A program made the position numbers and the translations under genes. From assembly GCA_028534125.1 (NCBI GenBank), contig CM052816.1, positions 7,936,001 to 8,000,000 on the forward strand: a DNA stretch of 64,000 bases. The letters run 5' to 3'. The stretch comes from Lama glama. Lineage: Eukaryota. Numbering within the stretch: position 1 is the first letter of the stretch; each line of letters opens with the position of its first letter. Under the pieces are notes generated by a model. The model saw nothing but the letters and a program-made list of their open reading frames with translations. It did no database searches and had not been told where the DNA came from. Shown here in pieces: positions 50,306-60,879 of this stretch.

Positions 50306-53300
50306 TGGGGTTAGTCCCATCCCTGGGGATGTCCCAAGGGCATCCCGTGGGAGATAACCAGCCAGGACCAAATGCCCTCAAAGTGTCTGCCTCCCCAGCC
50401 TCAGACTGGGCAAGGCCCGAGTTGCCCAGTAGAACATTCCTTGCAAAATCAGGGTGCCTTCCGAGACACCAGGCCCCTGAAGGGTCCAGCTTAGCCAAGC
50501 CTGTGGTCAGTGCTGGCCGTGGCCTGGCCCGCCCACCCCTTCCTGTGGGGGCCTCAGTGCCAGGGAGGAGGTCTTGTGAACAATGCCCCACTCTGTTCTT
50601 GGCCCAGGAGGGGGTGGCTAATTCAGCCCCACCTTACTCTGGCTGGGGAGCCAGTGCTCCCCAGCTCACCCTCACTTACTGGCACCTCGGGCCTCAGAGG
50701 AAACCCAGACGCCCCGCGCTTAGCACCCTCCCAACTTCCAGACAAGCAACAACTCAGAGGTCAGGCGTCAGGGCCAGAGTTACTTCAGGGGCCCTGGGGC
50801 TGGGGGATAGGGCACAAAACCCCACCCTAGTCAGTGTGGCTCCCTCTTTGCTCAGGCCGTTTGACCAGGCCTCACTTGGTGAATGAGGAGAGGAGCTCAG
50901 AGGGGCTGGGCAAGTTGCCTCTGGTTGCACAGCGGGAAGCAGCAGAGATGGGACTCAAACCCAGGTCTGTGAGCCTCCAGAGCCCACAGTCTTAACCACG
51001 GCACCAGACCGCCCTTTGGAAACCCTAATTTGTCATGAGTGCATAGATGTCAAAACACACACACACACACACACATACACACAGGCACACGCGAGCACGC
51101 TGTCCCCAATAACCTAACCCTGCCGAGCACAGCCTTGGGAAGGGCCCTGAGGTGCTCCAGGCCCAGTTCCCCAGCCTCATCTGGAGAGGGCCTCTCTGCC
51201 TCCCATATCCCCAGCCTGGGAGCAGGAGTCAGGGGCCCAGCCCAGGGTCCCCTTGTCATGTGCATAAGAGAGGGGAGGTCAGTCCTGCCCTGGAGCTCCC
51301 CCCAGCCCGACAGGCCTGTGGGTCAGCTGGACCTCCTCGTCCCGTCCTCCCAGGGCCCACAGGCCATGGGCCAGGCCCGGCTTCCGGAGCTGCCGCCACC
51401 TTGGCCGGCTGCACCACACATGGTTTCAATCAGCCGCCTGCCTGGATGAATGGTGCCTTGTGAGAGCGCGGCAGGGCTCACCTCCTCACAGGATGCAAAT
51501 GACCGGCCAGGTGGGCAGCCTTGGGGAGGGAGGAGTGCGAGGGCACCTCGGGTGGGGGTGCGCTGGGGGACAGGACAGCACCACAGTTAAGAGCCAGGAC
51601 CTGTGGTCAGACAGAGAAGGGAGGGGTCCTGGCCCTGCCACCCACAGCTCAGTCTGGGCCACTCACAGAATCCCTCTGGGCATGGCTCCACCTCTGTGAA
51701 AAGGGGAGACCTTCTGGGGGCTGGGCGGAATCAGTGAGTTGAGGCTTAGCACAGAGAAAGGGCCTGGCACGTGGTAGACACTCTTTACCTAGAGTCCAGC
51801 ACAACCTGGCAGGGGGCGAGGACCAGGGGCCTCGCAAACTCCATTTAATGGGGAAGGGAGAGGATCCCAGCTTGGAGCAAGGGGGCTGTCCTCCACTGTG
51901 ACTTCCTTTGTGAAGGGGGAAAGGTGGCGATCAACTCTGTGTTTCCTTCAGCTCCCTCCACACTTCGGAGGGGCCTTACCAAGGGAGCTGTGGAAGCAGA
52001 CCTCAGTTCCATGCAGGGGGTAGACCAGGAGGGCCTGGCCAGTGGCCCCACCTCTCTTGCAGCAAGAGAGCTTCGGGGCAGATAGGACAGGAATCATTCA
52101 AGTTTATTGAACACTTGCTGGGCACTGCACATCATCTCATTTAATTCTCCTCTTCCTCCTAGTGATGTTTCCATTTCACACATAGCAAAATTGAGTCAGA
52201 AAGGGTAAGCAACCAGGCCGCAGCCACTGGGCCTGGGGAGAGGCAGAACTGAGTGTGAGGCCATAGGACGCAGCTCCTGTGGCTCCTGCCTCCCCACCAC
52301 CTGCTACCCGGTGGCTGGCACAAGGCGGCCTGCCCGAGGGACTTGAGAGCCCCTTCTCCAATGGCCTCCAGTGCACGGGGCTGTTGGGGGCCAGTGCTCC
52401 CTGGCAGCCCTGCTCAGGCTCCTTTCCTGCTCACAGAGCTTCCAAAGGCCCCATCTAGAAGGCCCGAGGACCCATGTCCTCCTCCCCGCCTCCCCCCCTA
52501 GCACCAGCATAGCCTGGCACAGAGAAGAGGGTCCTGGGTGTTTGAGAGCAGAGGGGTGGGAAAAAGTGTCTGGGGAGGCACAAACCTTATTCCCACTTCT
52601 CCCTGGGTGCCCCCCCCCCCTTCACCCTGACCCCCGTGCCCTTGGTGTGACTGCTGTGGGTGGGAGAAAGAGGTCCTGTGGAAGTAACTATGGATGTGCT
52701 CAACGGTGAGGCTGCAAAAATATTCAGGTGGCTTTGTTTATGATACTAAAACTCTAACCCACACATTCAACAATTAAGTGTGGGACATTCACAAAGCCGA
52801 GTCCTAAGAGTATTTAATGACACCAGGAGATGGTCGGAGATAAAAACACAAGAGGGAACCCTCCAGGCAGACGTGTAAACGACACAGGAGGTGTGGGGTA
52901 AGTGTGGACTCAGAAGCCGCAGAGCCTGGTCCGTAGGCGGACTCTGTCACCCTGCAGCCAGGAGAAGATGGACAAGGCACCAAGCTCCAAAGCCGGGTTG
53001 CGCCATTTGTAATGGGGATGACACGGCCTCGATGAAGTGTACCAGGCACCTAGCACAGTGTGACTGGCTCAGATGAAGCACCCAGTAGACATTAGCGTTT
53101 ATGATTATCAATACCAAAGTGCGGGCCATCTTATTGCTGTGTTATGAGTAATTTTAATTTTCTTAGGTTTGTTTCTTTGTACTTGAATTTTTTTTTCTGC
53201 AACAAGTGTGAATTACTTGGATTAATTTGCAAAATAAAAGCAAACGTGACTTCCCAAGGAAACTGACCGGTGGAATTCATTCCCGCCTCTCCTGCCCACA

Positions 53301-55304
53301 CCTTGCTGACGATGTTGCTCATTACGACACACTGATGAGCTTATTCTGGGACAAGTTGATCTGCTCTTGGTACCAGGTTTCCCTAATCACACTGGCTGCC
53401 CGTGGGCTTCAAGTCACAGCCGTGTAGCTAACCTTGGTGTCCAATGCGAGGGGATCATTTCAATAAACTACAACACAGCTCTCCAATGTGCACAGGAAAA
53501 CGTGTAGATGAGCCCCACCCAAGATTTGACGTGTTACCCCAGGGGATGGGGCAAGAGGGACACTTATGCTTAGATTTTGTGTACTTCATTGATGACTGCA
53601 ATTCTTTCACAGTAATCCTGGATCATGATCATAAGGGAAAGGACATATTTTGATGTAGTAGAAAAAAACACTTAATAGCATGTAAAGATGTTGATAGTTT
53701 ACGATGATCACAATGGAAGGGTTTGCAAAACAGAATGTTGGCGTACCCTCACTTCTACAAAAATGACTTTATACACCAGACAGCAAGGAAAAGTCCTAAA
53801 ATACAAACAGTGGTGCTCCCGGAGCGGTGGGACACAGACATTTTCATTTTCTTCTCATTTGTCTGTGTGTTCTCAATTTTCCACAAGGGATATCTATAAC
53901 TTACATGATTAGAAGAATGCGTTTTCTCAACAGGAAAGATTTGGCCCCAGATTTTGCCTGTATTGTGTCAAAGTCACAGCTGTCTGTATTTGTAACCTTT
54001 TTCTTGGCCTCTGCTTTCTCCCTCTTCCCCGTGCGCCTGTTTTCTCGCCCGTTTTTAATTGGCGCCATCTTGCTGTCCTTCCTGCGTCCTTGGAAAAGGC
54101 CTGAAACCCTTGTTAAGCCGAGGCCTAGGCAGAAGGCAGGGCGCAGGTCCAGCGGTCCCCCCCTCCACCCCACACCGCCTCCTGGAGTATTGTTCTCATT
54201 ACAGCGGGGATGCAGAGCAGACTCAAAGGCGGAACTATAAACACCAGAGGCAAAGACCCATAAACATCTGGGTAACTGACTCCAGCTGTGTAGAGGGCCC
54301 TGGCCCTTGTGCAGGCTGGGGGCTGCAGCGGGGCTGGGCCGGCCCCCGAGGACTTGCCTCTGCCTCCCCTCCTTAGATCACAAGCTGCTATGAACTCGGC
54401 AGGTCAATCCTGCATGAGCTTACACAAGTGAGCAGGAGGTGTGGGGGCCAAGGATCCTCAGAGCCATGTGAGCCCTGTTATCTATGCCCCTTGGCCTCAA
54501 TTTAACTTTCTGTAAAATGGAGAAGTGAGGAACTGAGAGACTAGATGGGCCTTCTCAGCCCTATTGCATCATTCTTATCTCATAAATCTGTGCCCTGGGA
54601 CTAAATGCCTATAATTACCTGTATGTAATATAATAGAAATATATACCACGTGATAATGTAAAATATGCTGTAACAAAATTATCTATGCTATAATCCATAC
54701 ATTATACTACATATCTTGGTATCATATGCTAATATTTTATTTCTGTATTTTTAAAGTGCCTCTCCATGGATATCTGTGATCAGCGAGTATGTAGAGACAA
54801 GCTAGGAAGACTTCCTGTAGGAGGAGAGATTTAAGGGCTACAAATTTGACAGGCAGAAGAAAGGAGAGAGGAAAGGGAAGAGAGAAACTTGACAGAGATT
54901 TATGGGGCTGTTGGTCGTGGGGAGTCATGAGGAACAGGGCCCCACGTCCATCTTCCAACCCAGAAGCACAGACTGGTACAAGGGAGTGCAGGAAGGGAGC
55001 ACACTGGATTAAAATGGTCGAGATTTGCCAGTCCCAGTGGCTCCCAACTCAGCTACACAACAGGACCCCTGGGGAACTTAGTAAAACACAGATCCCTGGG
55101 CCCTTCCTGGAGTTCCCGAATCACAATCGAGAGCAGTAGGGCCAGATGTTTGAATTTTGGAGATTGCTCTGTTGATTCTGAGGCCAGCAGTGTCTGTGTC
55201 CGGCCCACGTGGGTGTTTGGGAACCTCTGGCCCAGAGTTCCCAGTGTCTGTGGATAGAATGTGGGGTGCGCGAGTCACTCATGAGTCTCACATCCTCCCC
55301 TGAG

Positions 55305-56055
55305 CCTGGCTAGCCACATGCAAAAGGATAAAATTGGACCCCAACTGCACGTGATACACAGAAATCAACTCAAAATGGATCAGAGACCCAAATGATCTAT
55401 CCGATAAGGGTCCAGTATCCAAAATGTATAAAGAACTCTCACAACTCAAGGAAAAAAAAAGACAAAACCCGATTCGAAAACAGGCAAAGGTCTTAGACAT
55501 TTCTCCAAAGATGTACAAATGGCCAACAAACACATGAAAAGATGCTCAACATCATTAGTTACTAGGGAAATGCAAGTCAAAAACCACTTCACACTCACTA
55601 GGATAGATATAATTTTAAAAAATGGAAAGTAATAAGTTTTGGCAAGGATGTGGAGAAATTGGAGCCCTCGGACATTGCTGGCAGGAATGCAGACTGGTTT
55701 GGCCGCTGTGGAAAACAGTTTGAAGTACTGATTCATACTGCAACATGGATGAACTTTGAAAACATTATGTTTCAGTGAAAGAAACCAGACACCAAAAGGC
55801 CATATATTGTAGGATTCCATTTATGTGGATGTCCAGAATAAACAGCCCATAGAAACATGGTAATTTAGTGTTTGCCAGGGGCTGGGAAGAAGGAGGAACA
55901 GGGAAGGACTGCTGATGGATATGAACTTTCTTTTTGAGATGATTAAATGTTCTAAAATCAGACACTAGTGATGGCTGCACAACTTTGTGGATGTACTAAA
56001 ACCCACTGAGCCGTGCACTTGAAAGCATCATTTCATGGTATGCGAATTTTTAAAA
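55305..56055 (+). mobile_element. L1M 3' end (ORF2 C-terminal remnant and 3'UTR), internally deleted
   Basis: Canonical L1 motifs aaaagatgctcaacatcattag, gcaaggatgtggagaaattgga, caacatggatgaac..tgaaaacattatg. Confidence 0.85.
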
Positions 56056-56090
56056 CTCAAAGCTGCCTTTGATGCTCTGTATGTATTTTT

Positions 56091-56206
56091 TTGATGTGGG
56101 GGAGGGTAATTAGGTTGATTTATTTTTAATGTCGGTACTCGGCAATTGAACCCAGGACCTCGTGCATGCTAGGCACGCACTCTACCACTGAGCTATACCC
56201 TCCCCC
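56091..56206 (-). mobile_element. tRNA-Ala-derived SINE, camelid Vic-1 type, with TSD
   Basis: Same head as the 49.4 kb copy; 12-bp direct repeat gtatgtattttt at 56079-56090 and 56207-56218. Confidence 0.88.
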
Positions 56207-56494
56207 GTATGTATTTTTATTGTGATAAAATATATATAACATAAAATTTGCCATTTTAACCACTTTTAAGCATTCATTACATTCACAATGTTGTGCGACC
56301 ATCACTACTATCTAATTCTAACATTTTCCATCCCCTCAGGCAGAAACCCTCGGCCCCTTAAGCAACAACTCCCCATTCCTGTTCCCCTCAGCCCCTGGTA
56401 ACCGCTAATTCACTTTCTGTCACTATGGATCTTCCCATTCTAGATGTTCCATACAAGAGGAATCACACAATTCTTGTCCTTTTGTGTGTCTGCG

Positions 56495-56983
56495 TGTATG
56501 GTCTGGTCCCTCAAGATGGCTGTCCTCTTGCTCCCTGTACATCTCCTGCTCGACCAGCCCCTGCCTCACCTGCACCCTAGTCACATGAACGTGCTTGCCC
56601 CCTGGCCCAGCTAGTGATGGTTCTAATCCTTGGGCCAGAACAGCTCCACCTGCTAGTTAATTACAGGGAAACATCTGCCCTCCAGGTCATCGTTAACCTG
56701 CGGGGCTGTGAGGATGTGCCCCAGCTGCTGGTTTCCCTAGTAACCGATGAGCCAATCTGACGTCAGTTCCCTTTATAAATGGCAACCTCTTCCCCTAAGT
56801 AGCAAAGAGTACTTGGCATCTGTCCTACACGGTCGGTTGTTGCTCCACGACCCTTGCTTTTGGACGTGTAAGGTTCCCCATCCAGTAAGCCATTGATGAA
56901 TTTGTCGCTGTCTCCAGGCTGTTTCTTCTGTCTCAAGGATGGGCAGCTACAAGGCTTGAAGGCTTGCAGGGTGCAGCCCAGCA
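56495..56983 (+). mobile_element. 5' LTR of the ERVL-type provirus
   Basis: TG...CA termini; CCAAT, CRE (tgacgtca) and TATA (tataaat) at about 56750-56780; aligns with 59287-59786. Confidence 0.85.
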
Positions 56984-58354
56984 CTTGGCAAGCCAACCGA
57001 GGAAACTCCTCCGAGCACCGGGATGGTCGGCAACAAGGATGGTGGACAGAGAGTTGCAGGAGTGCTCCCGGGGATGGCCGTCCAGTACCATTGGCGCCCT
57101 GTGGTAGTCGATGACCCTGAGAGATGTCTTCCTCTTTTGTTGAATTGCTGATATCCTGTTAACCTCTGCGTCTTGCCAGTTTACAAGTAGCAGCCCTGTG
57201 CTCGTGGCTCATCTGACTGCACCGGGATGGCTGGTGAACACAGACAAAACGCAAGGACCTGGATTACCCATCAGATACTTGGGTGCTGCCTCGTTGGGTA
57301 AGACAGGCACACCCCCGGCCGTCCACCCCTAAACAGTAACGGACACAGGCCTTAGGGGTGTTACCTCAGAGACAATCCTGTGACTTGGACGTGGCCAGTT
57401 ACCTGAAAGGGTTTTGTTGGGGCCCGTGGCAGTGGCAAAATAATAAGAGTACTCTTGGACTTCTGGTCCCAGCTTTGGAAGGAGGCAGAGCAACGGTATA
57501 GCGTGATGGGCCAGCAGCTATACGCCGCCCACAAGGCCTTCCAGCAGCTGGGAGACATTGCAAGGGCTGTCGAGCACACCGCCACCCGAGACTAGAACCG
57601 CTGTGTGCAACACACGGCACCTGCGTGGCCATCAGTAGCAACCAAGAAGCCTACTTTACGGGGCCATGTGCTTCAGGAATGAGCCGATAAAAACGACATA
57701 TACTGGCGCTTCACCTGCCTTACCACCCCCTGCTGCTGGGCTGTGAATGGACCACTCAGGCAGCCACTGAGCCGGGAAGCCGGCGCTCTGCACACGTGGC
57801 ACAACCCAGGAGCAATCATCCCAGCGCCTCCGGCCTGTTAACCCAGAGACAACTAATCAACACATTCCCAGTTCAACGACTGACCGCGGAAGGACCATTG
57901 ACAACTTTCGGTCGGGACAGGAACTTCCTCTTGCCCGGGCCACAGGATCTACTCCCAGGGGAACACATCACAAAGTGGCTGCGGGACTGGCAGGTAAGTC
58001 CCCGGGGGTCAGGGTTTGCCGCCCTGTGGGGAACAGGATAGAAAGGGACTTAGAGATTTCATCTGTCCGCTGCCTACCCCCACCTAAGACTACTCAAATA
58101 ATTAACCTGGGCTCCCTGCTGAAGAAAGGCTCTGTTATATTAACCCTGTCCCCTGTGGACTGCTGTTATGGAGCCTGCCCAGTTTTTGGCACCAGCTGGG
58201 GGCACTGCGGGTAAACAGGAGGTGTGGTGCTGCAGGCCAGGACAGGAACCACAGGCAGGGGTGGGACTGTGTGAGGATGCGGTCACAGCTGGCATTTTCC
58301 TTCACTGTCATGATCTTGTCTGTATTGTGCCTTGAAACACCTTGTATTTTGTCC

Positions 58355-58970
58355 TGTTAGCGAACGAAACTTCGGTCTGCCCACCTGTGTGCAGTCAAGT
58401 CAATCCACCGACACAGGGTTGTGGTGATGGACAGTGCAGTGTTTATTGCAGGATGCCGGACCAGGAGTCCAGAAAGCTGGTGCTCAGAAGACCCAGACTC
58501 CCCAGTGGCTTTCAGGGAAAAAATTTTAAAGACAGGGTGAGGGAGAGGGGTGGGGGGTGTGATGAGTTCGTGGACATTCTTCTGATCGGTTGGTGGTGAG
58601 GAAATGGGGAGTCAGCATCATCACCCCTCCGGCTGGTCTGAGGTCTGTGTGCTTGTGGTCGGCATACAATTAATTTCCTCCACCTGGGTAGGGGTTTCAG
58701 CGCCTGTAAAACAGCTCAAAGGATTTGGCTCAAAATAGTATCCATAGTCCTTGAGGGGGAGCTAAAGGTCCTTGACTTTATTTAATGGCTAAACTATTTT
58801 GTTTTGACTGTTTTTCCTTAGTTTCTGCATTTTCTCACTACTGATTAAATTTATTTGTTAGAACTCAGGGACGGCCGAGGAGGCTAACGTTCTTGTACAA
58901 AGAGGAGGCAGGCAGAGGACGTGGACAGGGGTCGGTCCCAGGGAGGCCCCCTAGGGTCCTGCTGGTTACA
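58355..58970 (-). mobile_element. ERV1-type solo LTR (resembles cetartiodactyl MER41-like LTRs) nested in the provirus
   Basis: TGTTA...TTACA termini; near 4-bp TSD gtcc/gttc; AATAAA on the minus strand at 58447-58442; interrupts the ERV internal sequence. Confidence 0.8.
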
Positions 58971-59286
58971 GTTCCTAGTGCGAGTGGAGAAAATCTGTTT
59001 GAGAACTGGGTGGCCACAGCGGCCTCACTGTGAAATGAGTCTGACTCTGAGTCTACAGCGAGATGCTGGTGTTCTCCTCCTCGAATTCCATGACAAAACT
59101 GACCCAATAAGCTCCTGGCTCCAAAGTTCGCCTACCGCTTGGACTCCTGATACTCCTTGGCTGCTGCTGTCTCTGCTGCATGTGTGGTGCTCGGTTGCAG
59201 TGCACCTGTACAGACCGGACCTCAGAGATCCAGCGGAAGAGGGGGACCAAGATGCTAAGGGCCGAGCAGGGTATGTAGGGGTGGAG

Positions 59287-59786
59287 TGTATGGTCAGGCT
59301 GCTCGAGGTGGCTATTGTCTTGCTCTTTGAACAACCCCTGCTCAGCCAGTCCTGCTTCACCTACACCCTAGTCACATGAATGAGCCTGCCCTCTGCCCCA
59401 GCTACTGATGGTTCTAATCCTTAGGCCAGAACAGCTCCACCTGCGAGCTTATTAAAGGGAAACATGCCCTCGTGATGGTCGTTAACCTGAGGGGCTGTGA
59501 GGATGTGCCCAGGTGCTGGTTTCCTTGGTAACCGATGAGCCAACCTGATGTCAATTTTCCCTAAAAATGGTAGCCTTTTTCTCCCCCAAGTAGCAAAGAT
59601 TGCTGCCAGGTCTTGCCTGGCGTCTGCCGTACACTGGGGAGTTATTCTATGACCCTTTGTTTTGGACATGTAAGATCCGCTACCCAAAAAAATCATTGAT
59701 GTCTCTGTCACTGCCTCCAGGCTGTTTCTTCAGTCTCGAGGGTGAGCAGCTACAAGGCTCGCAGGCCTGCGGGGTGCAGCCCCACG
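59287..59786 (+). mobile_element. 3' LTR of the ERVL-type provirus
   Basis: Begins TGTATGGTC like the 5' LTR, shares long blocks (ccctagtcacatgaa, tgatggttctaatcct, taaccgatgagccaa), ends gtgcagccccacg. Confidence 0.85.
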
Positions 59787-60879
59787 CTGCCTCATTTCAC
59801 TTACATAATGTTTCAAGGTTAATTCATGTTGTAACATAGCCCAGAACTTCATTCCTTTTTTTGACTAGCATTTCCCTTTATGTGTATATACCCCATTTTG
59901 TTTTTTCATTCATCTGTTGATGGACACTGAGGCTGTTTCCAGCTTTGGCTATTATGACAAATGTTTCATTTTTGAGGAATTATTCTCCATAGCAGCTGGA
60001 CCATTTTACAGGCCCACTAGCAATGTATGAGGGTTGCAATTTCTCCACATCCTCACCAAATTTTTTTTAATGTGCTATTAGCCATTTGTGTATCTTCTTG
60101 GGAGAAATGTCTGTTCAAGTTCTTTGTCCATNNNNNNNNNNNNNNNNNNNNNNNNNNNNNNNNNNNNNNNNNNNNNNNNNNNNNNNNNNNNNNNNNNNNN
60201 NNNNNNNNNNNNNNNNNNNNNNNNNNNNNNNNNNNNNNNNNNNNNNNNNNNNNNNNNNNNNNNNNNNNNNTTAATGAAGACCCATTTATCTATTTTTTTT
60301 CTTCTGTTGCCTGTGCTTCTGGTGTCATGTTGAAGAAATCATTACCAAATCCAAAGTCATGGAGATCTGCACCTATGTTTGTTTTTTTCAGTTCTATAGC
60401 TTAGCTCTGAGATTCAGGTCTTTGATTCATTCTGAGTTAATTTTTGTATATGGTCTAAGGTAAGGTCTCACTTCAAGCTTCTGTGTGTGATACGGTGCCA
60501 TTTGCTGAAGACTTCTTTCCCCAGTGAACAGTTGTAGCCCTCTTACCAAAAACAACAAGTGACAATAGATGTAAGGGTGTGTTTCTGGGTTCTCAATTCT
60601 ACTCCATGGTCTTCATGTCTATTTTAATGCTGTGCTACGCTATTTTGATTACTGTTTGTAGCTTTGTAGTAAATTTTGAAATAGGGAAATGAGATTACTT
60701 CAACTATGCGCTTCTCTTTTTTTAATTTCCTATTTTATTTTTTAAATTAATTAACACCTTTATTGTGGTATAATTTCTGTACAGCAAACTACACATATTT
60801 CAGGTGTACAATTTGACGAATTTTGATAGATGTATACACCTATGAAACTGCCACCACGATCAAGATAGCTAACATTTCC

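Larger units (their letters stand above)
56495..59786 (+). mobile_element. Heavily deleted class III (ERVL-type) endogenous retrovirus with two LTRs
   Basis: Similar LTRs at 56495-56983 and 59287-59786; PBS-like TGGCAAGCCAACCGAGGA after the 5' LTR; purine-rich tract before the 3' LTR; near-TSD ctgcg/ctgcc; degenerate pol motifs (RVLLDFWSQLWKEAEQRYSVMGQQLYAA at about 57450-57530; SNQEAYFTGHVLQE*ADKNDIYWRF..LPYHP..AAGL at about 57635-57745). Confidence 0.88.
56210..60720 (-). mobile_element. L1M 3' region (56210-56494 and 59787-60720) split by the ERV insertion
   Basis: L1 3'UTR sequence gtccttttgtgtgtctgc resumes as ctgcctcatttcacttacataatg directly after the 3' LTR. Confidence 0.8.

Noticed and set aside
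50302-50886. 194-aa ORF
   Set aside because: GC-rich low-complexity translation starting at the edge of an LTR fragment; no recognisable family.
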